The notes below the pieces were generated by a model. The model had not been told where the DNA came from, ran no database searches, and saw only the letters and a list, made by a program, of their open reading frames with translations. From NCBI RefSeq assembly GCF_963921235.1, contig NC_086108.1, positions 11,160,001 to 11,224,000 on the forward strand: DNA of 64,000 nucleotides. The letters run 5' to 3'. Positions 36,191-47,814 of the stretch are shown in pieces (the stretch's first letter is position 1; every line of letters starts with the position of its first letter). Origin of the DNA: Mobula hypostoma. Its lineage: Eukaryota. A program made the position numbers and the translations under genes.

Positions 36191-36549
36191 GGAGTGACTC
36201 CAAAAGGCTGTCAGTTTATTTGCGTGTGTGTGTATCAAATTAGAGACTTCTTTTTTCTCTCCCAACCGCATCTCTCCACTCACTCCATGATCAAGTACAC
36301 TGGACAACCAGTTTTTTCAGAAGTGTTGTTCCCTCTGATTTTTTTTTGTTTATGATAGACCCCTTGAAGCTGAACACAAACATAATTTTAGACTACCTGT
36401 GTCACGTAGGAATTTGGAGAAACAAGAAATTAACTTTTATCAAATATAATGTGTTTGATTACATAATAGTGCTGACACTTTGCAATAGTTCAACTAAGTT
36501 AAAAATGTTTTGTTGATGATTTTCATTTGTACTCAGTGTCTGAGGCTTC

Positions 36550-36720
36550 TCACTTAAGTGTCCAACAATAATCAGCCAGCATTGACGGATTCCAGTTGCC
36601 CTGATACCATTTCTCCATGACTGCAATGTCCCTGTGAAACCATTCGTTGTGATCATCACTTACAACATCAAGACTTGCAGCAAAGAAGTCAAAACCGGAA
36701 TGCAGCAAATGAATCTTTAG
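36550..36720 (-). mobile_element. DNA transposase C-terminal remnant (tentatively Chapaev3/CMC-like)
   Basis: LKIHLLHSGFDFFAASLDVVSDDHNEWFHRDIAVMEKWYQGNWNPSMLADYCWTLK resembles the recalled motif LKIHFLHSHLDFF...VSDEHGERFHQDI..MEKRYQG.W...MLADYCW; family assignment from memory. Confidence 0.65.
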
Positions 36721-36852
36721 CAACTGTTTATTCCCTTCCATAGATGTTGCCTGATCTACTACCTTCCTCCAGCATTTTATGCTGTGGATTTTCAGCATCT
36801 GCAGAATCTCTTGTATTTTTGTTTGCAGCAATAGGTGTAAAACATGGACAAC

Positions 36853-36886
36853 GCTACCACCTCGTGGCCATAGTGTGATACTGCAG
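36853..36886 (-). promoter_or_regulatory. Candidate CTCF site (core + upstream motif)
   Basis: Minus strand CTGCAGTATC-ACACTA-TGGCCACGAGGTGGTAGC, compared with core TGGCCASYAGRKGGCRS and upstream TGCAG motif at the expected spacing. Confidence 0.55.
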
Positions 36887-37194
36887 GGAGTACTCGCTTG
36901 GGAACTTCGGAACGCAACAGTCGGAGGGCCTCTGCTTTATATAATTGTTAACCAATTATTCTTGGGTGTACAGAGCTCTGTCACTGAATCTGCAGACAAC
37001 ACACGCAATGCATTTGTCACTCCAGAGATTTCAGAGCTGCCAATTATACCTTCCCGTGTGACTGCGTAGGTTTCAAACTTCCAAGTTCAAAGTAAATGTT
37101 ATTATCAAAGTACATATAGTCACCATATACAATCCTGAGATTCATTTTCTTGTGAGAGTACTCAGTAAATCTACAGAATAATAATATCAGAATT

Positions 37195-37980
37195 GGTATG
37201 TCACCAAAAACACTCGCAAATTTCTACAGATGTACAGTGGAGAGCATTCTAACTGGCTGCATCACCGTCTGGTATCGGGGAGAGGGGAGTTATTGCACAG
37301 GATCCAGGTAAGCTGCAGAGAGTTGTAAATGTAGTCAGCTCCATCTTGGGCACCAGCCTCCGTAGTATCCAGGACATCTTCAAGGAGCGATGCCTCAAAA
37401 ATGCAGCGTCCAACATTAAGGACCCCCGTCACCCAGGACATGCCCGCTTCTTATTGTTACTGTCAGGAAGGAGGTACAGAAGCCTGAAGGCTCATACTCA
37501 GTGAATGGACATTGAACCATAAACACTTCCTCACTACTTCTAATTCTAGTTTTGCACTACTTATTTAATTTAACTTTATCAGACTTTATTTCTTGCAACA
37601 TAGAAGATTGAGAGGAGATTTGATAGAGGTATACAAAATTATGAGGGGTATAGATATGGTAAATGCAACCAGGCCTTTTCCACTGAGGCTGGGTGGGACA
37701 ACAACCAGAGGTCATAGGTTAGGGGTGAAAGGTGAAAGGATTAAGGGGAAATGAGGGGAAACTTCTTCACCCAAAGGGTGGTGGGAGTGTGAAACGAGCT
37801 GCCAGTGCAAGTGGTAGATGCCATTTTGTTTTCAACGTTCAAGAGGAGTTTGGATAGGCACATGGGTGGCAGGGGTATGGAGGGTTATCGTCCCATTGCA
37901 GGTAGATGGGAGTAGGCAGTTTAAATGGTTTGGCATGGACTAAGGACCTGTTTCCATGCTGTACTTTTCTATGACTCTAT
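37195..37980 (+). mobile_element. Adjacent Rex1 3' fragment (37195-37570) and CR1 3' fragment (37580-37980)
   Basis: Colinear with other copies in the window. Confidence 0.8.
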
Positions 37981-38104
37981 CAGTCTGTGATGTACCAATG
38001 ACAATTTGAAGGGGTCAGTGGGAACAGGCTGAATTTCTTTGGCCTGATAAGGAAGGGGAGGCAAATTTCCAAACAAATTTCACAACATGTGCCGGAGAAG
38101 TTGT

Positions 38105-38985
38105 GGCTCAGGTGACTTGGATAGGTTGGGTGAGTGGGCAAACTCATGGCAGATGCAATTTAATGTGGATAAATGTGAAGTTATCCACTTTGGTGGCAAA
38201 AATAGGAAAACAGATTATTATCTGAATGGTGGCCGATTAGGAAAAGGGGAGGTGCAACGAGACCTGGGTGTCATTATACACCAGTCATTGAAAGTGGGCA
38301 TGCAGGTACAGCAGGCGGTGAAAAAGGTGAATGGTATGCTGGCATTTATAGCGAGAGGATTCGAGTACAGGAGCAGGGAGGTACTACTGCAGTTGTACAA
38401 GGCCTTGGTGAGACCACACCTGGAGTATTGTGTGCAGTTTTGGTCCCCTAATCTGAGGAAAGACATCTTTGCCATAGAGGGAGTACAAAGAAGGTTCACC
38501 AGATTGATTCCTGGGATGGCAGGACTTTCATATGAAGAAAGACTGGATGAACTGGGCTTGTACTCGTTGGAATTTAGAAGATTGAGGGGGGATCTGATTG
38601 AAACGTATAAGATCCTAAAGGGATTGGACAGGCTAGATGCAGGAAGATTGTTCCCGATGTTGGGGAAGTCCAGAACGAGGGGTCACAGTTTGAGGATAAA
38701 GGGGAAGCCTTTTAGGACCGAGATTAGGAAAAACTTCTTCACACAGAGAGTGGTGAATCTGTGGAATTCTCTGCCACAGGAAACAGTTGAGGCCAGTTCA
38801 TTGGCTATGTTTAAGAGGGAGTTAGATATGGCCCTTGTGGCTACGGGGGTCAGGGGGTATGGAGGGAAGGCTGGGGCGGGGTTCTGAGTTGGATGATCAG
38901 CCATGATCATAATAAATGGCGGTGCAGGCTCGAAGGGCCGAATGGCCTACTCCTGCACCTATTTTCTATGTTTCTATGTTTCTAT
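38105..38985 (+). mobile_element. Young CR1 LINE 3' end
   Basis: Open 266-aa frame DLDRLGEWANSWQMQFNVDKCEVIHFG...LVRPHLEYCVQFWSP...; 3' hairpin and (TTTCTATG)n tail. Confidence 0.95.
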
Positions 38986-39251
38986 ATTCTGATTCAGATT
39001 GAGAATGCCACTTTAGAAGAGTTTCTGGGACCGCTGATGGATGGCTGCACGCCTGTGGTACATTGTACACCCCGAGTCCATTAATGAGAATTATACACCA
39101 CATTACACCAAACTGTCAGAGAAACAGCCATTAAGTGACCTTCACCAGCCTTAGGATAGCATGTGGCATTGTTACCCCACTCCCCCAAACACTGCGCACA
39201 ACTTAGCCAATTCACCCTCTTAAAGCCACTGTTAGGTCTTTCTGAGAACTA

Positions 39252-40141
39252 CACTCTGTGGCCACTTTATTAGGTACACCTGTACACCTGCTCGTTAATG
39301 GAAATATCTAATCAGCAAATCACGTGGCAGCAACTCAACTCATAAAAGCATGCAGACATGGTCAGAATATTCAGTTGTTGTTCAGACCAAACATCAGAAT
39401 GGGGAAGAAATATGATCCAAGTGATTTTTTGACCGTGGAATGATTGCTGGTGCCAGACAGGGTGGTTTGAGTATCTCTGGTTTAATATCACTGGCATATG
39501 TCATGAAATTTGTTGTTTTGTGGCAGCACCTCAATGCAATATATAATAAAAAACTGTAACTTACAATAAGAAGCATACAGTATATGTATACAGTATATAT
39601 GTATGTGTAAAATAAGTCAGTAGTGCAAAATGAGAGGGAAAGATACTGAGGTAGAATTCATGGGTTCAATGTCTATTCAGAAATTGGATGACAGAGGGGA
39701 AGAAGCTGTTCCTGAATCATTGAGTGTGTGTCGTCAGGCTCCCGTACCTGTTCCGACGGTAGCCGTGAGACGAGGACATGTCCTGGGGGATTGCTGCTGG
39801 CCTCCTGGTGCTCTCACACACAACAGTCTCTCGAGTTTACACTGAATGGTGCAAAAACAAAACAGAATAAAAAAATCCAGTGAGCAGCAGTTCTGTGGGC
39901 AAAAGCAGCTTGTTAATGAGAGAGGTCAGAGGAGAATGGCCAGACTGGTTCAAGCTGGCAGGAAGGCGACCGTAGCTCAAATAACCACACGTTACAACAG
40001 TGGTGTGCAGAAGAGGGTCTCTGAATGCACAACATGTCAAAGCTTGAAGTGTTCCGGCTACAGCAGCAGAAGACCACGAACATACCCTCAGTGGACATTT
40101 TACCAGGTCCAGGACGTCCCGAATCACGTGGCCACTGAACG
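39252..40141 (+). mobile_element. Internally deleted Tc1-like DNA transposon, interrupted by an antisense Rex1 3' end (~39478-39790)
   Basis: TA|CACTCTGTGGCCACTTTATTAGGTAC left TIR; degenerate right TIR GTGGCCACTGAACG; transposase N-terminus MGKK.D...DRGMI.GAR and NERGQRRMARLVQAGRKATVAQIT; no DDE domain. Confidence 0.8.
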
Positions 40142-40454
40142 GATTTGGAGTGGATTTATTCATTGAGAGGAATTCAGACAGCAGGAGTGATCCAGCAATT
40201 TACAGAGAAAAGCTGACAGAATTAACAGTGTTTTATTTCTCACAGTAGCATAGAGGGAGTGAACACAATGCGGATAATGTCGGAATAAGCAGCTTACAAG
40301 TGAGACTCTGATCACAACACACGGGAATTAGTAACATCCCAGCAAAGATTGGCACTGATTCGGCTCGACTCAGGCAGTTACAGCTGCAGTTTAATCCTCC
40401 ACTGAGTCTGTTAGCAGATATATTCGGCAGTCCTGCGGGAGAGTCACGCTGTGA

Positions 40455-42325
40455 GAGAGAAGGTGTTTGACGGGGTGACCAAGAGTAACTTATTGGGACT
40501 GCGAGCATTCGGGCTCGGGCCAGGTCTTGTCTCCTGCGTCCGACTGCTGTACACTGCTGCGGGGTGCCTTGTTAAGGTCAATGGGTCCTTGACAGCGCCT
40601 TTGTGCTTTGGGGGGTGGGGGGGGCGGGGGAGCCCCATGTCAGGACAGTTGTACTCGGTTTGCATGGAGCCCTCTCTGCAAGAGGTTAACGGGTTTGGTT
40701 CTACATGAACCAGACATGGAGGTCGTACTTTCGGCTTACGCCAATGACATCTTCCTCTTCGACCCAGTTGACCTGCAGAGGATGCGAGACTGCCAGCAGG
40801 TCTTCTCGGCTGCGTCCTCTGCAAGGGTCAACTGGGAGGAGAGTGCGGGCCTCTTGGTGGGTCAGTGGCTGGTGGATCCCTACCGGAGGGGTTGAGGCCA
40901 TTTGCGTGGAGCACCACACACCTCTTCTACTTGGGGGTCTACCTGAACTCGACGGAGGAGGCCTGGCCGGTGAACTGGTGGGATTTGGAGATGAAGATGT
41001 TTGCCCGGCTGGGGTGCTGGTCAGGCCTCCTTCGTGTGATCTTGTATGGAGGAAAGGTATTAGTGATAAATCAGCTGGTCACCTCTGTGGTGTGGTACCG
41101 GCTGATTGTATTGGTCCCACCCACGGTGTTTTATATCCAGGACCCAGAACAGGCTGGTGGATTTCTTCTGGGGCAACAGGAGGCACTGGGTCTCTGCAGC
41201 GGTCCTGAGTGTTCCGATCGCAGAGGGTGGTCAGTTCTTGATGTGTATCCGCGCCCAGCTGGTGGCTTTCCACCTCGGGACCCTGCAGAGATACGGGTAG
41301 TGTGACCACCCTCCGAGATGGCACGGGCTGGCGACGCACTTTCTCCGCCGGGGACTCTGCCTGCAGGAGGGCACACTAATCTCAGCGGGTGGCGTCTGCC
41401 GTGTGGCACTGAGGGAACTCTCTGCTGGGGGGGGGTCGGGGGGGCGTGCTGGTCCTGATCCTGTCACGGTGGGTGTCAGGGGGGCTCGGGGAAGTGGAGG
41501 GATTCCGTTTTTGCATCACCACCCGATGTGCTCGTCAGCCCCAGGCCTTGGGAGACCACGCGGGAGAGGGTCTCGCACAATGTGAACCGTCTCACGGGGA
41601 TGCCCACCGTGCCGTTCCTTGACGCTCCAAAACGTTTCTTGTACGGGCTGCTCCTGCACACCTTTCACTTCCCTGTCTTCGTCTGCCGACTGACCTCACC
41701 TTGGAGGTCCGTTTTACCATCTGACAGTGGATGAAGTCTCCAGTGAAAATCTCTTTACACAGGGGTCCTTCCGCTGTACATGGGGACCCGGGGAGGAAGG
41801 TGTTGCATCAGGCAGTACCGTACAACAGGTTCACTGACACCCCGTCCACCTGTCCATTCTGTGGCCGGGAGGAGTCAGTGTACCGTGCTTACACGGAATA
41901 TGAGAGGTTGTAGCCCCTGTTTTGAGTTTCTCAAGGGGCTGCTGCTCAGCTTCTGGCCGCACTTTAGCTCCCTGCTCCTCATATACGGGCCCCCAGTATG
42001 GAAGGGTGCGGGTCGCAAGGAGGATCTCCTGGTGGGTTTGCTCCTGGGCCTGGCCAAGATGGACATTCACGGATCTAGGTGGCGGAAAGTCGAGGGCGCT
42101 GCCCGGGCCGACGACCTGTCTCTTTTCTGAGGATGCGTTCATGCCCGGCTGTCCTTGGAGAGGGAGCATACAGTTGTAATGGGTACAGTGGGGAATTCTT
42201 GGAGTGGAGGGCCCCTCAGAGAATTGACTGTTTTACAGACAAAAGTAATCGTATTTTAATTTGATTCACCGTATTGTAAATATTTAATGTCTGTACTTTG
42301 TGTATTTGTTGTGTAAATAAACGGT
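40455..42325 (+). mobile_element. Tx1-clade LINE ORF2 (RT to zinc knuckle), 5'-truncated and decayed
   Basis: EKVFD...LRAFGLGP...VRLLY...VKVNGSLT; PMSGQLYS; LSAYANDI; GKVLVINQLV.S.VWYRL; CPFCGREESV; AATAAA at ~42316. Confidence 0.88.
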
Positions 42326-43062
42326 TATAGTTTTATTAACAACGAGGGAGGGTCTCACTGTGGGATGGACAGTGTTGGGTAAGCACTCAGGAAGAAGTCG
42401 ATTTATTTCAGGAATAGACCCTGAAGAACGGCGACGAGATCGGAAGAAGTTGCAGGAGAGACGACAGCATCTTTGGCACAGGACTAGAGCAGTTTTCTTC
42501 TCGGAGAAGGCTGCTTTGCAGAGTTTTATTGAGTCTGTGCTTGGGCATTGGCTAGCAGCTTGCTAAGGCTTGCATCTGCAACTTTTACTAGGTGTTGGAA
42601 TGGATTTCTCCGGCGTTTAACATTACTAAGCTTTCTCCCACGTGGAGGACTTGGCCTGGGACGAGCGGGTGAAGAATACTGTAGCAACCGCTTGACTTTC
42701 GATCAGACAGAGGAACATGGGAGTGGGCTGGCTGCACCCAGAATAGGAGGAGACTTCTATCCTTTCTCGCTACTCAGAACTGCTCTTTGAAAGACTGATA
42801 GGGTTGCAAATGAATTAATTCAGCAGCGTTTGATTTGTGACTGTGTGGGCCTTTGCTATGGGTGAGGTACAGCTCCAAAATGGCAAGACCTCATTCCTAC
42901 AAGAGCCTAGCTTCTGGTGAAAAAACTCCCGCAAAGCCACCACTTTTCAGACTGAGAACTCTGAAAACGGCGGTGTAGTGGGATATTGCTGTGCCTCTGA
43001 GTGTTAGCCATAAAGTCCACATCTGTGAATGGCACAAAAATCCCTTTTTACCTACAATCCGC

Positions 43063-43313
43063 TTGGCAATTCACGTGCGCGCGCCCCCCTCTGGCAGTTC
43101 ATGTGCGCGTGCCCCTCTGGCAGTTCACATTCACGTTCCCCCTATGGCAGTTCACGTGCGCGTGCCCCTCTGGTAGTTCACGTGCGCGTGCCCCCTCTGG
43201 CAGTTCACATTCACGTTCCCCCTATGGCAGTTCACGTGCGCGTGCCCCTCTGGTAGTTCACGTGCGTGTGCCCCCTCTGGCTGTTCACATGTGCGTGCCC
43301 CCACTGGCAGCTC
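43063..43313. repeat. 26-28-bp minisatellite (~9 copies), TGGCAGTTCACGTGCGCGTGCCCC(C)TC
   Basis: Direct reading; three-unit higher-order period. Confidence 0.95.
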
Positions 43314-43614
43314 ATTCCAGAATCCAACCTTGTGTGGAATATTAATCCTTCAGATTTTGATTAAACCTCCTTCATCTCACCTTTGCCCTATGCCCTTTGA
43401 TTGAAGACATCCCTGCCACTGAGAACAGATACTGTGTTTACCCAATCTGTACGTCTCCTCATTCCCCACCTCAAACGCTTCACCACTCAGCCTCCTTTGT
43501 TCTGGAGCACAAGATCCTCTTTATCCAATCCCTCCTGATACCTGGGCTCTTGAATCCTTGTGAATGTTCTCTGCATCTTTCCTCAGCTAATCTCATTTCC
43601 TGTCGTGTGGTGAC

Positions 43615-46345
43615 CAGAACCAGTACGGGAGCAACACAGGGATGTGTGTTTAGCCCCTTGCTCTACTCGTTTTACACTAATGTCTGCACAGATCCGATAT
43701 CATATCAAAGTTTGTTGATGACACCACTGTCTGGGCCAAATCAAAGGTGGTGATGGATCAGCATACAGGAGGGAGGTTGAAAATGTGGCTGAGTGGTGTC
43801 ATAACAACAAGCTCTCTCTCAATGTCAGCAAGACCAAGGAAATGATTGTAGAGTTCTGGAGAGGGAAACCAGAGGTCCACAAGGCATTCTTCAATTATGT
43901 GAAGAAAAAAAGGATGACAGGAGTGAAGGTAGGACCGATTAGAGATAAAGGTGGGAAGATGTGCCTGGAGACTGTGGAAGTGAGCGAGGTCCTCAATGAA
44001 TACTTCTCTTCGGTATTCACCAATGAGAGGGAACTTGATGATGGTGAGGACAATATGAGTGAGGTTGATGTTCTGGAGCATGTTGATATTAAGGGAGAGG
44101 AGGTGTTGGAGTTGTTAAAATACATTAGGACAGATAAGTCCCCGGGGCCTGACGGAATATTCCCCAGGCTGCTCCACGAGGCGAGAGAAGAGATTACTGA
44201 GCCTCTGGCTAGGATCTTTATGTACTCGTTGTCCACGGGAATGGTACCGGAGGATTGGAGGGAGGCGAATGTTGTTCCCTTGTTCAAAAAAGGTAGTAGG
44301 GATAGTTCGGGTAATTATAGACCAGTGAGCCTAACGTCTGTGGTGGGAAAGCTGTTGGAAAAGATTCTTAGAGATAGGATCTATAGGCATTTAGAGAATC
44401 ATGGTCTGATCAGGGACAGTCAGCATGGCTTTGTGAAGGGCAGATCATGTCTAACAAGCCTGATAGAGTTCTTTGAGGAGGTGGCCAGGCACATAGATGA
44501 GGGTAGTGCAGTGGATGTGATCTATATGGATTTTAGGAAGGCATTTGACAAGGTTCCACACGGTAGGCTTATTCAGAAAGTTAGAAGGCATGGGATCCAG
44601 GGAAGTTTGGCCAGGTAGATTCAGAATTGGTTTGCCTGCAGAAGGCAGAGGGTGGTGGTGGAGGGAGTACATTCAGATTGGAGGATTGTGACTAGTGGTG
44701 TCCCACAAGGATCTGTTCTGGGACCTCTACTTTTCGTGATTTTTATTAACGACCTGGATGTGGGGGTAGAAGGGTGGGTTGACAAGTTTGCAGATGACAC
44801 AAAGGTTGGTAGTGTTGTAGATAGTGTAGAGGATTGTCAAAGATTGCAGAGAGACATTGATAGAATGCAGAAGTAGGCTGAGAAGTGGCAGATGGAGTTC
44901 AACCCGGAGAAGTGTGAGGTGGTACACTTTGGAAGGACAAACTCCAAGGCAGAGTACAAAGTAAATGGCAGGATACTTGGTAGTGTGGAGGAGCAGAGGG
45001 ATCTCGGGGTACATGTCCACAGATCCCTGAAAGTTGCCTCACAGGTGGATAGGGTAGTTAAGAAAGTTTATGGGATGTTAGCTTTCATAAGTCGAGGGAT
45101 AGAGTTTAAGAGTCGCGATGTAATGATGCAGCTATATAAAACTCTGGTTAGGCCACACTTGGAGTACTGTGTCCAGTTCTGGTCACCTCACTATAGGAAG
45201 GATGTGGAAGCATTGGAAAGGGTACAGAGGAGATTTACCAGGATGCTGCCTGGTTTTGAACGTATGCATTATGATCAGAGATTAAGGGAGCTAGGGCTTT
45301 ACTCTTTGGAGAGAAGGAGGATGAGGAGACATGATAGGGGTGTACAAGATAATAAGAGGAATAGATAGAGTGGATAGCCAGCGCCTCTTCCCCAGGGCAC
45401 CACTGCTCAACACAAGAGGACATGGCTTTAAGGTAAGGGGTGGAAAGTTCAAAGGGGATATTAGAGGAAGGTTTTTTACTCAGAGAGTGGTTGGTGTGTG
45501 GAATGCACTGCCTGAGTCAGTGGTGGAGGCAGATACACTAGTGAAGTTTAAGAGACGACTAGACAGGTATATGGAGGAATCTAAGGTGGGGGCTTATATG
45601 GGAGGCAGGGTTTGAGGGTCAGCACAACATTGTGGGCCGAAGGGCCTGTACTGTGCTGTACTATTCTATGTTCTATGTTCTATGTACTCTACTTCCTTAC
45701 GAGTCTGCGGAAATTCAGCACGACATCAAAAACTTTAGACAGGTTTCTCCAGATGTGTAGTGGAGAATATATTGACTGGCTGCATCACAGCCTGGTATGG
45801 AAACACCAATACTTTTGCATGGAAAATGCTACAGAAAGTAGTTGATTTGGCTCAGTCCATCACAAGCAAAGTCTTTCCAACCATTGAGCACATCTACATG
45901 AAGCATAATCGCAGGAAAGCAGCATCCATCATCAGGGAACCCCATCACCCAGGACGTGCTCTCTTCTCACTGCTGCCATCAGGTAGAAGGTACAAGATCC
46001 TCAGGACTCACACCATCAGGTTCAGGAACAGTTACTACCCCTCAACCATCAGGCTCTGGAATAAATGGAGATAACTACTCTCACTTGCCCCATCATTGAG
46101 ATGTTCTCACGAACAAACATCTCACTTTAAGGACTCTTTATCTCATTATCTCATGTTCTTGTTATTTATTGCTATTTATTTATATTTGCATTTGCACAGT
46201 TTGTTGTCTTCTGCACTCTGGTTGATCTTTCATTGATCCTGTTATGGTTACTATTCTATAGATTTGCTGAGTATGCCCGCAGGAAAATGAATCTCAAGGG
46301 TGTATGTTGAGACATACATGTACTTCAATAATAAAATTTACTTTG
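43615..46345 (+). mobile_element. Rex1/Babar fragment (43615-43878 and 45686-46345) split by a CR1 insertion
   Basis: STGATQGCVFSPLLYS...EWCHNNKLSLNVSKTKEMIVEF, then CR1, then ENILTGCITAWYGN...RFRNSYYPSTIRL. Confidence 0.85.
43879..45686 (+). mobile_element. CR1 LINE, 5'-truncated, RT domain to 3' tail
   Basis: [59 protein letters not shown]; few stops; (TTCTATG)n tail. Confidence 0.95.
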
Positions 46346-46349
46346 AATG

Positions 46350-46435
46350 CGCGCGCACACGCACACAACACGCAGATCACACACACGTACTCAGGCACAC
46401 ACACACACATATATACACACACACTCACACACAGA

Positions 46436-46485
<50 letters not shown>

Positions 46486-46489
46486 CACA

Positions 46490-46530
<41 letters not shown>

Positions 46531-46642
46531 ACACATATATACACACACACTCACACACAGACCACACACACACACACACACTTACACATATATACACACA
46601 CACACTCACACACAGACCACACACACTTACACACACACACAG

Positions 46643-46673
<31 letters not shown>

Positions 46674-46706
46674 GACAGACACAGACACACAGACACACAC
46701 ACACAC
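46350..46706. repeat. Compound (CA)n microsatellite
   Basis: Direct reading. Confidence 0.95.
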
Positions 46707-47814
46707 GCAAACTCACTTCCCCAGATGAAAGGTCTTAGCCCAGAAACATGTCCTGTTCACAGATGCTGCCTGATCTGCTGAGGCCCTCCAGATTCTGTGT
46801 GGACCTTCCCAGGACTACCCACCCTTGGGTGTGAGTCTCTGTGATGGATGTTGGACTGACGGTGATGGAGCCTCTGCTCTCTTTGTCTGAGGTTGATCAG
46901 TCCTAATCTAGCAGGAACATCCAGGTCACGTCCCTCCGAGTCAGCGAGGACGACTAAAACCTTCTCACTCTCTGCTCTGGCATTGATTTCTTCATTTGTT
47001 TCAACACCGACCTGATCAATATCTCATTAGCCAGCTTTCGTAGCAATTACTCTGTCCCTGAACCAACGTTAAATACTTGGGTGACAAAACAGAATTGGAC
47101 ACTGCTCTAAGTGAAGCTTTCCATGCTTCAGTCTGCATCACCTGACATTGCTCGAGCGTTCTCCAATGCTGGGACCCCTCGGTGCTCCCAGCCCACCGTA
47201 TTCAGCTACTAGACACCAGAGAGGGTGATCACTGTGGACCCAAGTCACTCACTTACCCACGTCCAGCTGGCCTCTGGAAACTGACCTCCCACCACCACCC
47301 ACCCCCATCACCACTAATGCACATACACGCAACTCACCAAGCATTACTCTATGCACATACATTCAATGTATTATCAGTGGCCACTTTACTAGGTTGTTCT
47401 GCCCTTTGGGCGGTTGATCTATGTTTTTCCTGTGTGATTAAGCACATTCATTTTTTTCCCTTTCTGTGCACGTCGCGGTGTTCGACTGTCTTCTATTTCT
47501 ATGGGTCCTTCTGGGTTTCTTTATTCTGTGGCTGCCTGTAAGGAGACAAGTTTCAAGGTGGTAAACTGTATACCTACTTTGATAATCAATGTACTCCGAA
47601 CTTTGTTAAAAGTGTATCCATGTCACTTAATCTGCAGTTCAGGTCAAATCTGTTTTGTCACTCAGCTTGCGAGCTCGTTGGGTATACATGGACCCATCTC
47701 TCAACACGAGAACTAAAGGAGGACATTTTGGGCATCTGCAGTTTTAGCTTCAAAACAGATGCCAGTATTGAATATTCAAGTTTGGATATGCAGACATTGT
47801 AACTGTGCAATTCT

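Noticed and set aside
35738..36307. ER/SL-repeat ORFs (also 26792-27080)
   Set aside because: (GA)n/(CT)n simple repeats.
43785..44618. 277-aa Rex1-CR1 in-frame fusion ORF
   Set aside because: Chance in-frame junction of a nested insertion; ends at a premature stop inside RT.
46294..46781. His/Thr-rich ORFs
   Set aside because: Translation of a (CA)n microsatellite.
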